A DNA stretch of 63,442 bases, counting the filler, from Dimorphilus gyrociliatus (Eukaryota > Animalia > Annelida), in the NCBI GenBank assembly GCA_904063045.1. It is 6 parts of 6 records of this genome, joined end to end, with 100 filler letters (N's around TTAATTAATTAA, not from the genome) between each part and the next. Parts side by side here need not be neighbours in the genome. Positions count along the whole stretch, not along the records: positions 26,954 to 43,421 come from CAJFCJ010000225.1; positions 43,522 to 54,596 come from CAJFCJ010000268.1; 4 more parts are not named here. One strand, given 5' to 3'. Position 1 is the stretch's first letter, and each line of letters opens with the position of its first letter. The notes beneath the pieces are model-generated. The model saw nothing but the letters and a program-made list of their open reading frames with translations. It was not told the DNA's origin and searched no databases. The position numbers and the translations under genes were made by a program. Positions 36,700-48,290 of this stretch are shown in pieces.

Positions 36700-37564
36700 A
36701 TTGAAAAAAAAAACTTCTGCATACTTCAATTAAAATAGAACTGAATCCTTCATTGATGGTATTAAATAAATATCTTGTTTGGAGATATAGGTCTTATACA
36801 AATACCACAGGCTGTCTCTCATAATTCTATTTTCATTTCCAAAGCATCTTTTTTGGTTGAATAAAGAGCTCTAATGTAATTATATGTACTATATTAATGA
36901 ATTTAAATACACCTTCACGATCAAGCTTCTAGTGTATAAGCTTTAAGTTCATAGCAAAATCAGGATAAAATGGATGAGTATCGCTTCTTAATATACTTCC
37001 TACCCTTTATTATTTTCTAGGATACCAGAAAGTGTGTTATTTTTTTGTTTAGAATGTGATATAATGTGAAGTTTTTGTTAAACAGCTTCTTTAATAGTTT
37101 CTATTCCTCAAAAGTGTTCTTTATATCATTATGAATATTTTTTAATAATAAAATCTTCTTTTTTTTTTTTAAATATGCATGTCTCGTTCACTAAGAGTTT
37201 TAAAATTTTGATCAAGATGATAATGATATACACCTTCAAGTGTTTTTTATAACCCAAATTGTATTTTTAGAAATATGATATTCCATTTGTACATCTTTCT
37301 AATTAGATGATAACATAAGACGATATAGTATTCTTAGTATTTTATCAAAATCTATATTAAAATATAAAAAGCTTGCTTTGTTATAACTTTTCTCTTTACA
37401 TCTAAAGATTATTTTAGTACCAGTAAAAATCCTAATTGGGATAGGTTTATTTTATTGTCACAGAAGCAATTTTTAGACATTAATAGAATATAATTATCAA
37501 CAAAAAAAACAATTAGTCCATTATTAAATCTAAAATACGAATCATCTATACTAAAATTATCCAT
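36700..37564 (-). pseudogene. Frameshifted microsporidian-type gene of unknown function
   Basis: gccccttaATG start (MDNFSIDDSYFRFNNGLIVFFVDNY...), followed by coding-like sequence broken by frameshifts. Confidence 0.3.
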
Positions 37565-38976
37565 TAAGGGGCAAAAAAATAAAAAAGCTGTTTCCTTTAA
37601 ACTTTTGAAATTAAATCTAAATAATGTCTAATATATTACTTTTTAGGAAATTAATACAACGAATAATTTTATAAATCAAATGATGATAGATTTATATTTC
37701 AAAATTTATAATTCTTTTTTTTTGTATATTTTTATTATTTAAATCAATTCTTATAAAAATGAATGATTTTATAAATATAAATAAGTTTTTAGAAAGACTG
37801 CTTTATGGATTACTATTAAAATTTTTGATATAAATTCTTATTCTTTTACTTATAGATAAATATTTTAACATAAAAACAGATGGATTGCTAAGAAAACTTT
37901 AAGTTAATATTGAATGATTCTATTTTTATTATAAATACTGTATTTTAACATAAAAAAGCTACTAGAAGAGTTTCTTAATATTATTAATTTATTATTTATC
38001 ATAAAAGAAAGATGTAAATAGAAAATATATAAAATTATATCAAAAATTCTAAGTTATACTATTTTTAATAGGAATAAGTTTGGTCTAAAATAAAGAGAAA
38101 ATATATAAAACTATAAAGACTCTAAAAAATTAAAATATCGAATTGTTTTTACTTAAAAATAAATTAGAATAGTACCTAAATTTGAATTTCAACAAAACTA
38201 TTCTTTGTTTTACTCTGGCTAGAAAAGTATAGACTAGTATAAAAAATACACTAAAGAAGTTCTAAACTAATAATAATACGAATTAAGATAATCAAAAAAA
38301 AAATAGATAATACACACTTTAAAATAAAAGTGTTTAAAGTTATTATAAAGTCTTCTGTAAAAAGATATAAAAATGTTTTAGTATATTTTACAGATGTACA
38401 TTATAAATAAAACGCACCTAATAATTTATAAATAAATTATAAGTAAAGCTTTTTAAGTATAGGTTAGTAATCATTTAGTATGTTTGTTCTTTAAGACACT
38501 CTAACTTCGAATTTTCCATATTCTTAACTTTCTCATACAATTTATATTGTACTAATTTATAATATATCTGCTAAATTTATCATTCCGTGATAAATTAAAA
38601 AAGTTCTTATTTTATTCAATTTATTACGAAAACTATAGCTTATAACCTTCATTAACCAACTGATCTGTTAAATTTATTATAAAATGATAAATTAAAATTT
38701 TAATTTAAAAAAATAAAAATCTGATTATTGAACTCCCATCACTGATTCTGTCAACTGATTTAAAGCAGAGGTCAGTTGATTTGAAACTTTAAATAAACAA
38801 AATTTAAAATAAATTGAAATTCTATAAAAGTGTTAACAAATTTGATTTTAATTAAAAATTCAATTTAATTAAATTCTTTTGTTTTTAACTTTCTAAAAAT
38901 TTATTTCAAACATATTTTTCTATACAAGGTAGATTGGATATGTATTTTTTTAAATTTTTTTAAAGTACCCTATTTA

Positions 38977-39705
38977 ATGAATATTTTTAATATAATATAC
39001 AATGTTTATACTACTTCTACAGATATTCAACTAAACGCTCCACATGTTTCACTAATAGGTTTTCTATTGTTTATTTTTACCTGCTTGTTTGGAATTGCTT
39101 ATAAAAAGATAAGCTTTTATACAATAATTACACTTATTTTGTTAGTAAATAGAGAGAGAATGATTAGCTTGTTGTTGACTTTAGAAATTACACTGGTAAA
39201 AGATTATGTTACAGAGGCTGGGAAGACCATTCCAGGTACTATTTTTTTATTTTCACCTTTTGTTTATATCGTTTCTTATATAGTATCAAATAATTTAGGT
39301 TCTGTTGTTTATATCATATCTTCTATTTGTCTATTTTACTATATGAAAGTATATAGTGAATTTATACTGAAATTGGACGTTATACCTAGTTTTATATCTT
39401 ATGATTTAGCACGTCTTGTTATTTCAAATGTTTTGGGTGCTTTTATTGGGATTTTTGTAGAAACTATAAGAGACTTTGTATATATTTTGATATTTAGTAG
39501 TGTAGGTTCTGTTTGTTTGTTTATTTTATTGAATTGTGTAGATAAAAATGCCTTAAGTATACCTTTAGATTTGACTCAAAAACAGTTCTTTGAAATTGTA
39601 GAGAAAAGAAGAATTGTAAACTTGGTTTTAGCTACAATGATTATTGGTATCGTTTTGCAGTCTGTTGTTTGTAGTAGAAGAAGCAATAAAAAAAATAAAA
39701 AGTGA
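38977..39705 (+). CDS. Multi-pass membrane protein, DUF4203/TMEM198-like
   Basis: taccctatttaATG start; ~6 hydrophobic segments; CLFG.AYKK near the N-terminus, FSSVGS, and GIVLQ followed by a basic tail. Confidence 0.6.
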   Translation: MNIFNIIYNVYTTSTDIQLNAPHVSLIGFLLFIFTCLFGIAYKKISFYTIITLILLVNRERMISLLLTLEITLVKDYVTEAGKTIPGTIFLFSPFVYIVSYIVSNNLGSVVYIISSICLFYYMKVYSEFILKLDVIPSFISYDLARLVISNVLGAFIGIFVETIRDFVYILIFSSVGSVCLFILLNCVDKNALSIPLDLTQKQFFEIVEKRRIVNLVLATMIIGIVLQSVVCSRRSNKKNKK

Positions 39706-40638
39706 ATTAAATCAATAAAATATTATTGATTCACTTGTTTTTATTTTTAGGATTTTAAAATAGATATGATACTTGAATAAGCACGTGATTTTTTAAGTAT
39801 ATTGTTAGTCTTAAAATTTTTATGGTGATTTGTATAAATAAAGTTTATTTTGATTAGAGTATGATAATTCTATATATATAGGAAACTTATATTAGGCTTT
39901 AAAGTTGTTGAATGGGATTCTTTTAATACGTGAAAGAATCATTTATAAATATGTTTATTTAAAAACAATAATAAGTCTTTTAGTCAATCAAAATTATAAA
40001 AACTATGGAGATTTGATTTTTGTAGCTTTTAAAACGCATTTATGAATTAATATTAAATTGGTATCAAACAATGCTTGCTTCTCAAAAAATGAATCTTTTA
40101 TAAAAAAGTGATTTCCCTCTTTTAAGATAAACAGTCCTTGATGTAAAATTTATTAATATCTCTAGTTTTTGAATAATACCTGAATCATTTTAATTAATTT
40201 CTAACGTTTTGAATATGTTTTAATCTTCTAGGTCTATAAATATCAAGTAATTTTACCCTATTATAACTTTTTAATTCAGTAGTGATAATAGCTTAGTATT
40301 GTTCTACATATTTTATAATTATTTATTATTCATTATTTTAATAAATAAACACATCCAATAAACTTTATTATAGTGATGTTATACTCATCGTAAATCTAGA
40401 TCTAAAGTGTTTTCATACAAAATTTGTATATTATTAAAATTGTATATCAAGTGATAATTCAGAATAGCACTTATGTATGATGATTTCTTTATTATTAGAT
40501 TATACCAGATATATTATAATTATCTAGTACAAAAACAAGAAACTGAACTAAATACGAATAATTTTAATCTTCATAACTAGAAAAAGTCGAGCTTATATAA
40601 TATATTTGAATAAGACAGCAAAAGAAAATAAATAGGAT

Positions 40639-41673
40639 CTGGTGTACTTAATGCCCAATTGGGGATTAAATATACCAGTTCACTTTTTTTTATTTTAACC
40701 CTTAATATGACTTTTTATAAAGATTCTTATATAAATTTGCTTTTTGGAAATAATAATGAAATTTTACTTTTTTTTAGAAGAAAAGGAGTCGTATATCTCA
40801 GATGACATGTCCCACCTGTGAATCATTAATAATACTCAAACCAACAACTAAGATAAGTGATGGTGAAACACGGAGGTGTAATGAAGTTAATTGTAGTGAT
40901 TATACAACTTCAAAAAGTGTTAGAATTGGGTCTTTTATGGAAGGGATAAGACTCGATATGGAAACCATTTTAGAAATAATATATAGGTTTTACAAAGAAG
41001 AACGTATAACAAAGACACTGATTGATATTTCAGTTAGCAAAAAAACATTAATAAAAATCTACTAAAAAATCTGGAAAAAAATTAATGAGTATTTATCGAA
41101 AGCCCAATAAAATTGGGAGGAAATGGAATCATATGTCAAATTGAGGAAAGTCTGTTTTGTTATAAGGTCAAGAATAATGTTAGAAGAAGGTCAAAGAAGG
41201 TGTGTGTTTGGGATAGTGGACACTAGCTTTCTCCCAGGAAAAGGTTATATGAAGATAGTATCAGATAGAAAGGCCAAAACACTATTATCTATTATTTATA
41301 ATGCATGTTTACGAGATACAATAATACATAGTGATAAATGGCCTTCATACCAGATTATATCTAGAGATATTGGTATAGAGCATTCGACTGTGAACCATAA
41401 CTTGTTTTTTGTAGATCCTATAACAGGAACACATACACAGAATATCGAGCTATATTGGAATAAAAATAAAAGAAAAATTAAAGAAATGGTGGATGATGAC
41501 AAAAAGCACTCACAGTCTTATTTAAATGGGTAGTTGTGGAATAATAATAATAGAGGAAATTGTTTTGATAAGATGTTAGATTTATTAAAAATAAATTTAT
41601 TCAAAAAAAATCAATTTTTGTATAAATCTATGTAAAATAGGTGTTTTTGAAACTTGGGCATTAAATACACCAG
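40639..41673 (+). mobile_element. Second Merlin (ISXO2-like) element with 20-bp TIRs and frameshifted transposase (ATG 40707)
   Basis: ctggtgtacttaatgcccaa (40639) versus ttgggcattaaatacaccag (41654-41673), 19/20 inverted match. CPTC...C...C zinc finger, HSDKWPSY, VNH..FFVDP.TGTHTQNIE. Confidence 0.8.
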
Positions 41674-41959
41674 TCCAAAAATATCATAAGTAAAAGTTGT
41701 AGAAAGATGATGCATTTAATATCACATTGTAATATATATGGTTGCAATTGGCTATTTCGAACAATAAAATGTAATAATATGAAAGCATTTATACGTAAAA
41801 TGTCGTATTTCGACAATATTAATCATCTTTAAAAACATGATTTTTATAAGATAGTAATGGAGTATTAAAACACCACCAACCCAGATTTATAGTAAATATA
41901 ACATCACAAAAAATTTATATAACAGCATCTAAAAAATTATTCGCAGACGCAATGATGAC

Positions 41960-42330
41960 TTCTCAGAAAAAAGGGGAGATAAGAGAATTGTTCATATTAA
42001 TGAAAGTGCAATTGGTAAAACAGAAAAACAATAAAGGAAGGCCGATATAGCATATATTGATAGTAGATAGTTTCTGTAGGGTTACAAAAAAATGTTTCTT
42101 TGAGCCAGTCACATAAATAGATGAATAAACACTATCTAAAAGAATCATACGAAATGTAGAAGAGTATTTGGTTATTATTACTGACGAGCAGAAAGGCTAT
42201 AATGAAATAAATTTACTTGAATATGGTCATTTTATTATTAAATACAAAGAGTATTTGTAAACTCTAAAAGCGGAGAAAACATAGTCAGAACATAGGAAGC
42301 CAATTTAAATGGCTAAAATAATATTTAAAA
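41960..42330 (+). mobile_element. Third, highly decayed Merlin transposase
   Basis: IVHINESAIGK-RKNNKGR, IITDEQKGY and SGE-HSQNIGSQFKWLK recoverable across frameshifts. Confidence 0.6.
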
Positions 42331-42509
42331 CAAGATATAGTGATATAAAGTCGTATATCAAAGGGAATTTATTTCCAAAAACAGAAAACCCTTTGCTAAA
42401 AATTTTGATTCAAATGAAAATTGATAAAAAATTATTTTAAACCTAAAAAAGCTTTAATTTTTATAGGAGCACATATAGTTGTACCCCAAATATCCTTTTA
42501 TTAACAAAA

Positions 42510-43421
42510 TTAATGCTTTAAATTTTCTTCACCAGATTTCATTTTTTGCTGCAAACGAGCTCTTCTTTTTTCATCTTTGTAGTATGTAATAGGGAAACCA
42601 TCATACCTGCCCAATTCATCCATTCTTTCAAGGAACTGAATATCTTCTTGACTTAATAAACAGTCTAGCAGCACGGCTATCTTTTTTAAGTTTTTCATCT
42701 TTTCTAGTTTCGATATCAAGCCAGGTTTTAATCGAGAATCAATTATATGAAGTTCTTCTATATTTGATCGACAAATGCTTTCAATATCATCAGAATTGAG
42801 TGCAAACTTGACTAATTCAAGATATTTGAGATTTTCTAGCCTATCTATCAACTTGATCGATCCTTCTTCTAAACCAATCCCTCCGAACTCCAGATACTCT
42901 AAACTAGTTAAGCTTATCAATATATTTAAATCATCAACAGACAAATTTTTACTGTAATTCATTTCAAGCCTTTTTAGTTCTTTAAGATTTTTTAATTCTC
43001 TCAACAAATTCGAACTTTCTACACAACAAAATAGATTGATTTCTTGTAATTTTGAAAAACAATTGATTGCACGAAAATCTTTGATATTAAAATTTCGAAT
43101 TCCAAACAAATTCAACTCTTTTAAGTTTATCGGATGCCCTTTAAGACATTCTAATATACCACTGTCTAAATTGCAGTGCCCAAGGGACAATTTTTCCAGA
43201 GATTCAAGCTTAGCAATAGTTTAAGATGATAGCAGTCTATATCGTTTCCATCTAAGACCAAAGATTTTAAATTTTTTAAATTTTCTAGTAATTCAAAATT
43301 TTGTCTTGATGGAAAACATTTTATTAGATCTAAATGCTCTAAAGACATCATACTCGATAGATTTTGATAATCTTTTCTGTTCAGTTTATTATTAAATGCT
43401 AAATTTAGTTCCTTCAAATTT
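42510..43421 (-). pseudogene. 5'-partial microsporidian-type LRR protein with one frameshift (~43200)
   Basis: LRR units LKELNLAFNNKL, LEHLDLIKC, LKELNLFGIRNF, LEYLEFGGIGL across ORFs 43166-43417 and 42510-43190. Confidence 0.7.
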
Positions 43422-43521
43422 NNNNNNNNNNNNNNNNNNNNNNNNNNNNNNNNNNNNNNNNNNNNTTAATTAATTAANNNNNNNNNNNNNNNNNNNNNNN
43501 NNNNNNNNNNNNNNNNNNNNN
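43422..43521. other. Artificial contig spacer 3
   Basis: 44N-TTAATTAATTAA-44N. Confidence 0.97.
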
Positions 43522-44534
43522 ACTACTTGTGGACGAATTTGAAAGGTTCTATTTGTGTGATACTTTGGTGCATTGATAAATGATTGGAAAGGACGAATAC
43601 TGTTCTGAAGAAGGAGAAATTCCTACAATTACAATACAACAAAGTACAATTTTGTTCAATAATTTATGAAATTGATATCAATCATCCAAGGAGTTACATT
43701 ATAGAGGGGAGTAGGAATCTTGTCAAAATTTTCTTTTTAGCATCTTTTGATAAATATTGAATTCATAATATTCAAAAAACACTATTTGAAAACAGACCTA
43801 ATCCTCAGTCTAGGCCTAGCATACTCTAAAAGTAATCAAAGTGCTAATTTTCCAAAATCACTAGAAATATTGTTCCTACCCCTGCAACGAGTCACATGTG
43901 ATAAGGAGAAGTGGAAAATGAAGAAAACTGAAAGTGAGAAAATGTTTTAAAAAGATATTTTGTGTGCAGTTTTTATTGAATCTAAACAATTTATGCTGTA
44001 TATATAAGAGAGAGGTTGAAATGTGAACAGAGAGTGACAAGCATCTCTCACAAAATAATAAAAACAAACAGAAAAATACTTTTACAATAGATTTAAGTGT
44101 TTTAAAAAGTAAGAAAACTACTTTTTTATACTAACTGCCAAGCTACAACTTTTTCAACAGCTATACATGATTGTTACAATTGTGCTATTGCAATACCATT
44201 AGACTGTAAAATAGAAATGGATATCTAAAGTCCAAGTATTGATAATTCACTATATCTAAGTGCACAAAAATTCTAAAAATATGTTTGTTAAAAGGCTGCG
44301 TTGGTCTTTAAAATGGTGGAAAATGCCAAATTATTAAAAATTCCATTGTTTAGTGGTAATAATTGAATAATGAATTACAGAGCAATCGAACAATTTCTGT
44401 CATTATTGAAAAGTTTTTATACACATTTAAATTGCCTCATGAATTAAATTATTAATTCAAAATGTAAATTAATCAATGAAAACATATCAAAAATCCTTTA
44501 GAATATTGGTTCAGTTATAAACATCACTGGTTGT

Positions 44535-44740
44535 ACTTTGTTGTTTTGAAATTGGAGGAATTTCTGGTTTCTTACAACTGTAAGCATTCTTTCCAATCAT
44601 TTGCCAATTTGCCAAAGTACTCACACAAATAGAACCTTTAGAATTCGTCCACAAATAGTCTTAGCAAATGTAATTTTGGTAGAAATTAATCAGCAAAACA
44701 CAAGTATTTCATTTAAAGAATATGTATTGAGTAAAATGAG
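44535..44740 (-). mobile_element. Phantom PHD-FLYWCH linker repeat (R), minus orientation, abutting the GT stop; second copy 51221-51426
   Basis: gttcgtccacaaatagtctt...gaatatgtattgagtaaa[a]tgag matches 9960-10071 in contig 1. Confidence 0.75.
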
Positions 44741-44755
44741 CAATTACCTACAGTA

Positions 44756-45961
44756 TTACATACATAAAATTTCTTTATATAATGTTTCTACAGCTTTGAT
44801 TGAATGTTCTAATGAGAAACCCTTTACTGCATATTCAGCACAGTAGGCACGTCTAGCTGCTTTATCGCTGTGTTTAAGTTCTTCCATAATGGCATCAGCC
44901 AGTTCTAAATCATCTTCTACTTGAACCAGACGACCTACTTTGCTATCAATAAAATCTGGTAAACCACCTTGGTTAGTACCCACTACAGGTGTGCCACAAG
45001 CAAGGGCTTCAATTGCTACTAGACCAAATGGTTCTGTACGAGAAGGCACAACACTTACATCTGCAATATTGTACATTTTAACTAATGTCTCTTGATTAAC
45101 GTGACCTAAGAAGTATACATGTTCAAGGTCTAAATCTTCTTTCATACGCTTTAACACACCATAGAGTTCACCATTACCTGCAATAATTGTCATTACTTTA
45201 CCACAGGTTGATTTTTCGTAACGTTTTGCTGCTTTTAGCAATACATCCACACCTTTAAAGTGTGTTAATTTTCCTGCAAAAGCTACGATACAATCTGTTT
45301 TGACTGTAACATCAAATTCATTTAAAACAGTTTCTTTACTTAAGTCCAGAGGATGGAATAAGGATTCATCATAACCATTTAATAAAATCATACGTTTATT
45401 GCTCGGCACTTTATACAGTTGTGCTGTTTCAGCATCTACTTGTTTAGAGATGGTAATAATCATCTTAGCATTAGCCACCCCTTCTATAGCAAAACTATGG
45501 TATCTGTCATCTTTTACAAAGCCTTTTAAATCCGTACCATGGGCAGTAATAACATATGGCACACCTGTTAACATAGCAGCATAAGGTGTAATCCATAAAT
45601 GCTGTGCATGGATAATATCTGGTTTAAAAGTATCTACTTCCTCTTGAACCACTTCTATATATTTATCCATGTAAGTCTTCATTTGATCATCTGATAATTC
45701 ATAATAAGTTGTATTACTTCTTGGATGGGTTGTAAAACATGGAAAATTGAAATCCACTTCAGGCTTTACTGTATTTGGTCCCTTAAACTTAATGACTCTT
45801 GATTCAAATCCTTTATATGTCTTGTCTTCGTGTTCTGGATAAATGATTTTAACCTTATGGCCAAAACTTACTAAAGCCTTTGCCAAATTTTTGGTGTACA
45901 CGCCACTACCAGTCCCCTCCAATGGAAAATGATTAACTAACAAAATCTTCACACTCATCAT
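44756..45961 (-). CDS. Bacterial-type GT4 (GT-B fold) glycosyltransferase, BshA/MshA-like superfamily; intact
   Basis: 401 codons, no introns. N-terminal KILLVNHFPLEGTGSGVY, DIIHAQH, ITAHGTDL, FAGKLTHFKGVD, and the retaining-GT E-x7-E motif EPFGLVAIEALACGTPVVGTNQGG. Confidence 0.93.
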   Translation of the reverse strand: MMSVKILLVNHFPLEGTGSGVYTKNLAKALVSFGHKVKIIYPEHEDKTYKGFESRVIKFKGPNTVKPEVDFNFPCFTTHPRSNTTYYELSDDQMKTYMDKYIEVVQEEVDTFKPDIIHAQHLWITPYAAMLTGVPYVITAHGTDLKGFVKDDRYHSFAIEGVANAKMIITISKQVDAETAQLYKVPSNKRMILLNGYDESLFHPLDLSKETVLNEFDVTVKTDCIVAFAGKLTHFKGVDVLLKAAKRYEKSTCGKVMTIIAGNGELYGVLKRMKEDLDLEHVYFLGHVNQETLVKMYNIADVSVVPSRTEPFGLVAIEALACGTPVVGTNQGGLPDFIDSKVGRLVQVEDDLELADAIMEELKHSDKAARRAYCAEYAVKGFSLEHSIKAVETLYKEILCM

Positions 45962-46016
45962 CCCTTACTTGTAATTTATGAGAAATTTCTTGCTATAACA
46001 ATAGAAACTTGTTATA
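45952..46016 (-). promoter_or_regulatory. Shine-Dalgarno-like AAGGGA 8 nt before an in-frame GTG (45952); upstream 8-bp inverted repeat TATAACAA-N7-TTGTTATA (45994-46016)
   Basis: Minus strand reads ...AAGTAAGGGATGATGAGTGTGAAGATT; the palindrome is perfect on inspection. Confidence 0.45.
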
Positions 46017-46350
46017 AAAGTAGTCAGCATAAATATGCTACAAAGTAAATTTTGATAGTCCAAATATTAAAAGTCTTTTTCTTTGCACACATACATTTGT
46101 CAACTATAATCTCACAATAGAGAAGTAGTATTGAGCCAGGATTGTACTATTCAAAAGAGTTTTGTGGCATTGTGTGGTAATTATATAAGATTTGTTAAAG
46201 ATTTTTCAAAAATCATTAAACTAGGATAAAAGTTGTTCCCCTGCTAGCTGACTGTTGCTGAACATTTGTTTCTTTTGCTCCTAACACTGCATAGCCAGAA
46301 TGTTGTCTTTTTTCTTTTTTCTTTTAAAGAAAAAAATATGTGCTACAATA
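46016..46350 (-). mobile_element. Decayed Phantom transposase remnant pointing into the GT start (FLYWCH to DGTF)
   Basis: KTTFWLCSVRSKRNKCSATV (compare TTTIWVCSVRSKKKRCVARI at 47340), LNTTS.L, KRLLIFG, and YAD--TF with a 2-nt deletion. Repeated at ~52700-53030. Confidence 0.6.
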
Positions 46351-46470
46351 TGGAAAAATCTTTTACTGGAGGAGAAACCTGTGTATATCTGTATGATCAG
46401 AATCAGAATCAAGTTTTTTTCTTTCAAATTATTATCATAACTCCATATATCATATATTTTCTTCAGGGTC

Positions 46471-46539
46471 AGGTGCAAACGTACCTGGGTGCGAATGTAC
46501 CCAAGGCAGGTGTGAACATACCCAGGTACATTCCCACCC
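46471..46539. repeat. Cluster of ~16-bp GGTG(C/T)(G/A)AA..TACC motifs (3 direct + 1 inverted); foldback-type MULE terminal repeats; copy at 53155-53223
   Basis: aggtgcaaacgtacct, gggtgcgaatgtaccc, aggtgtgaacataccc, then aggtacattcccaccc (inverted). Sits between two divergent Phantom transposase genes. Confidence 0.65.
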
Positions 46540-46987
46540 TCTTTCCTCTTTCTTTTATTTATTGATTTTTCATCAAATGGTTTTGTTAATAATAGATATA
46601 TATGTATATACTCAGACTGTAAAAAGTAATATTTTATCAATGTGAAGTATTATTTAAAAATATTAAATATTGTTGAAAAGTGAAATGGCAGGAAGTTCAA
46701 TAGTGAAGGTGGTTGAAATAAACTTTCACTTTGGACAGCATATACTTTCAAAGGTAAGCTGTATGTCCTGAATAAATTTGGACAAAGTGCTTCTTTGTAG
46801 ATTTTGAACAGGTAAATATTTAAAGCTTTTTAACTAGATTTTTGATGCAAAATATTACAATTTAATATATTTTCTTTAATAACAAATTATTTCAATATTT
46901 GCTATAAACAAAATTTCAGCCATTTTGAATATTTGGAAAGGACAGTGATTTTTTAATAATCAAGTGAATTTGTTCTGTTGAAACAAC

Positions 46988-48050
46988 ATGGTTTCAAAGT
47001 GCAACAATTGTGATTCAAAAATTTATGGAAGGCAAAAATATTTGAAATGCTGCCTTTGTGAGAATCTTATCCATAGAAAATGTTCAGGTACATCAGTTTT
47101 CAATTATGATTTAGGCAACTATCTTTTCTTAACACATTGACACAGAAACACCTAGCATACCTGTTTGCACAAGATGTAACAAAAGAAAATGTACTGTTAG
47201 CCTTAAGAAGTTAACAAATCTGGAAATTGATCAATACAAAGAAAGTAATAAGGACTTCAATGATAACAGAAGTGATCCTGCTGAGGTTAAAGATTCAACA
47301 TTTGATTATGAAAGTCCTCGGCAATCAGAAAACCAATCAATGGATGTAGAAGGAACTGATGAAAATACAGAAGATGAAAATGACTCAATCAGGAGGAATG
47401 ATTTTGAGATTGTACAAGGAGGAAGCAGAAAAGGACATGACATTTTATTGAATGATGGATATTCTTTTGTTGTTAAACATAAAACACTTACAACAACAAT
47501 TTGGGTATGCAGTGTGAGAAGTAAGAAAAAAAGATGTGTAGCTAGAATAAGACAAAATGGAAGTATATTTATTAAAGGCAATCTGGAACATAATCACAAC
47601 AGAAAACCTAATTTGGAAGTAGATGTTAAAGTAAAAACTGATGTAAAAACTATTTGCAAAAGTGATAACAAAGCATCTGGAAGAAGCATTGCTGAAAAAT
47701 TTCTATTATCATATGAACCTAATGCTAAATGTCTTCCTGATATCAATTACTTAAAAAGGATGGCAAACTCAAACAGACAAAAATTCAGGCCAGTTGAACC
47801 AAAAGTGTATAATTTCAACTTGAACACAACTTTTTTACCTGATGAATTTCTCCAGAAAGACATTTGTGAAAATGGAGAAAGAATCTTAATTTTTGCAACA
47901 AACCATCAGCTGAACTTATTATCCAAATCCAACTACTGGTATATTGATGGTACTTTCCAAATTGTTAAGGATCCATTCTGGTTACTTTTCAATTTTGATG
48001 GCTATTCTACCTTCCAAATCAATGTATTGTGGCTTCATTTGAATTGTTGA
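46988..48050 (+). mobile_element. Spliced PHD-FLYWCH-MULE (Phantom-type) transposase, truncated just after DGTF; exons 46988-47087 and 47146-48050
   Basis: A 58-nt GT-AG intron joins MVSKCNNC...CCLC...IHRKCS to ETPSIPVCTRC (C4HC3) in frame with ORF 47340 (FLYWCH; IFATNHQLNLLSK...WYIDGTFQIVKDPF). Confidence 0.85.
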
Positions 48051-48290
48051 ATTCAATTTTTCAGGTGTATCAAAGTTGTTACATCTGTTCCAATACCATA
48101 TTGTGAACACTCACTGTTTGTTTGTTTTAATTAATTCATTATGGGTGTGTTATTATGGTTGTATTTAAATATACTTTGTGAATAAAATTGTAATTATTTT
48201 ATCATATTATTAGTTGATTCTTTTAGATTTAGATATATAAAACTAGGTCATCATCCATTGATTGGAAGAGTTTTGTCTTAAAAAATACTT

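Noticed and set aside
46083-46110. TTGCAC-16-TATAAT, a sigma-70-like promoter divergent from the GT
   Set aside because: It lies inside the minus-strand Phantom transposase remnant, no bacterial ORF follows, and such hexamers are common in AT-rich DNA.
46266-46640. Overlapping ~100-aa ORFs upstream of the GT as regulatory partner genes
   Set aside because: They cross the terminal-repeat cluster and transposase remnant, and they differ by frameshifts between the two unit copies.
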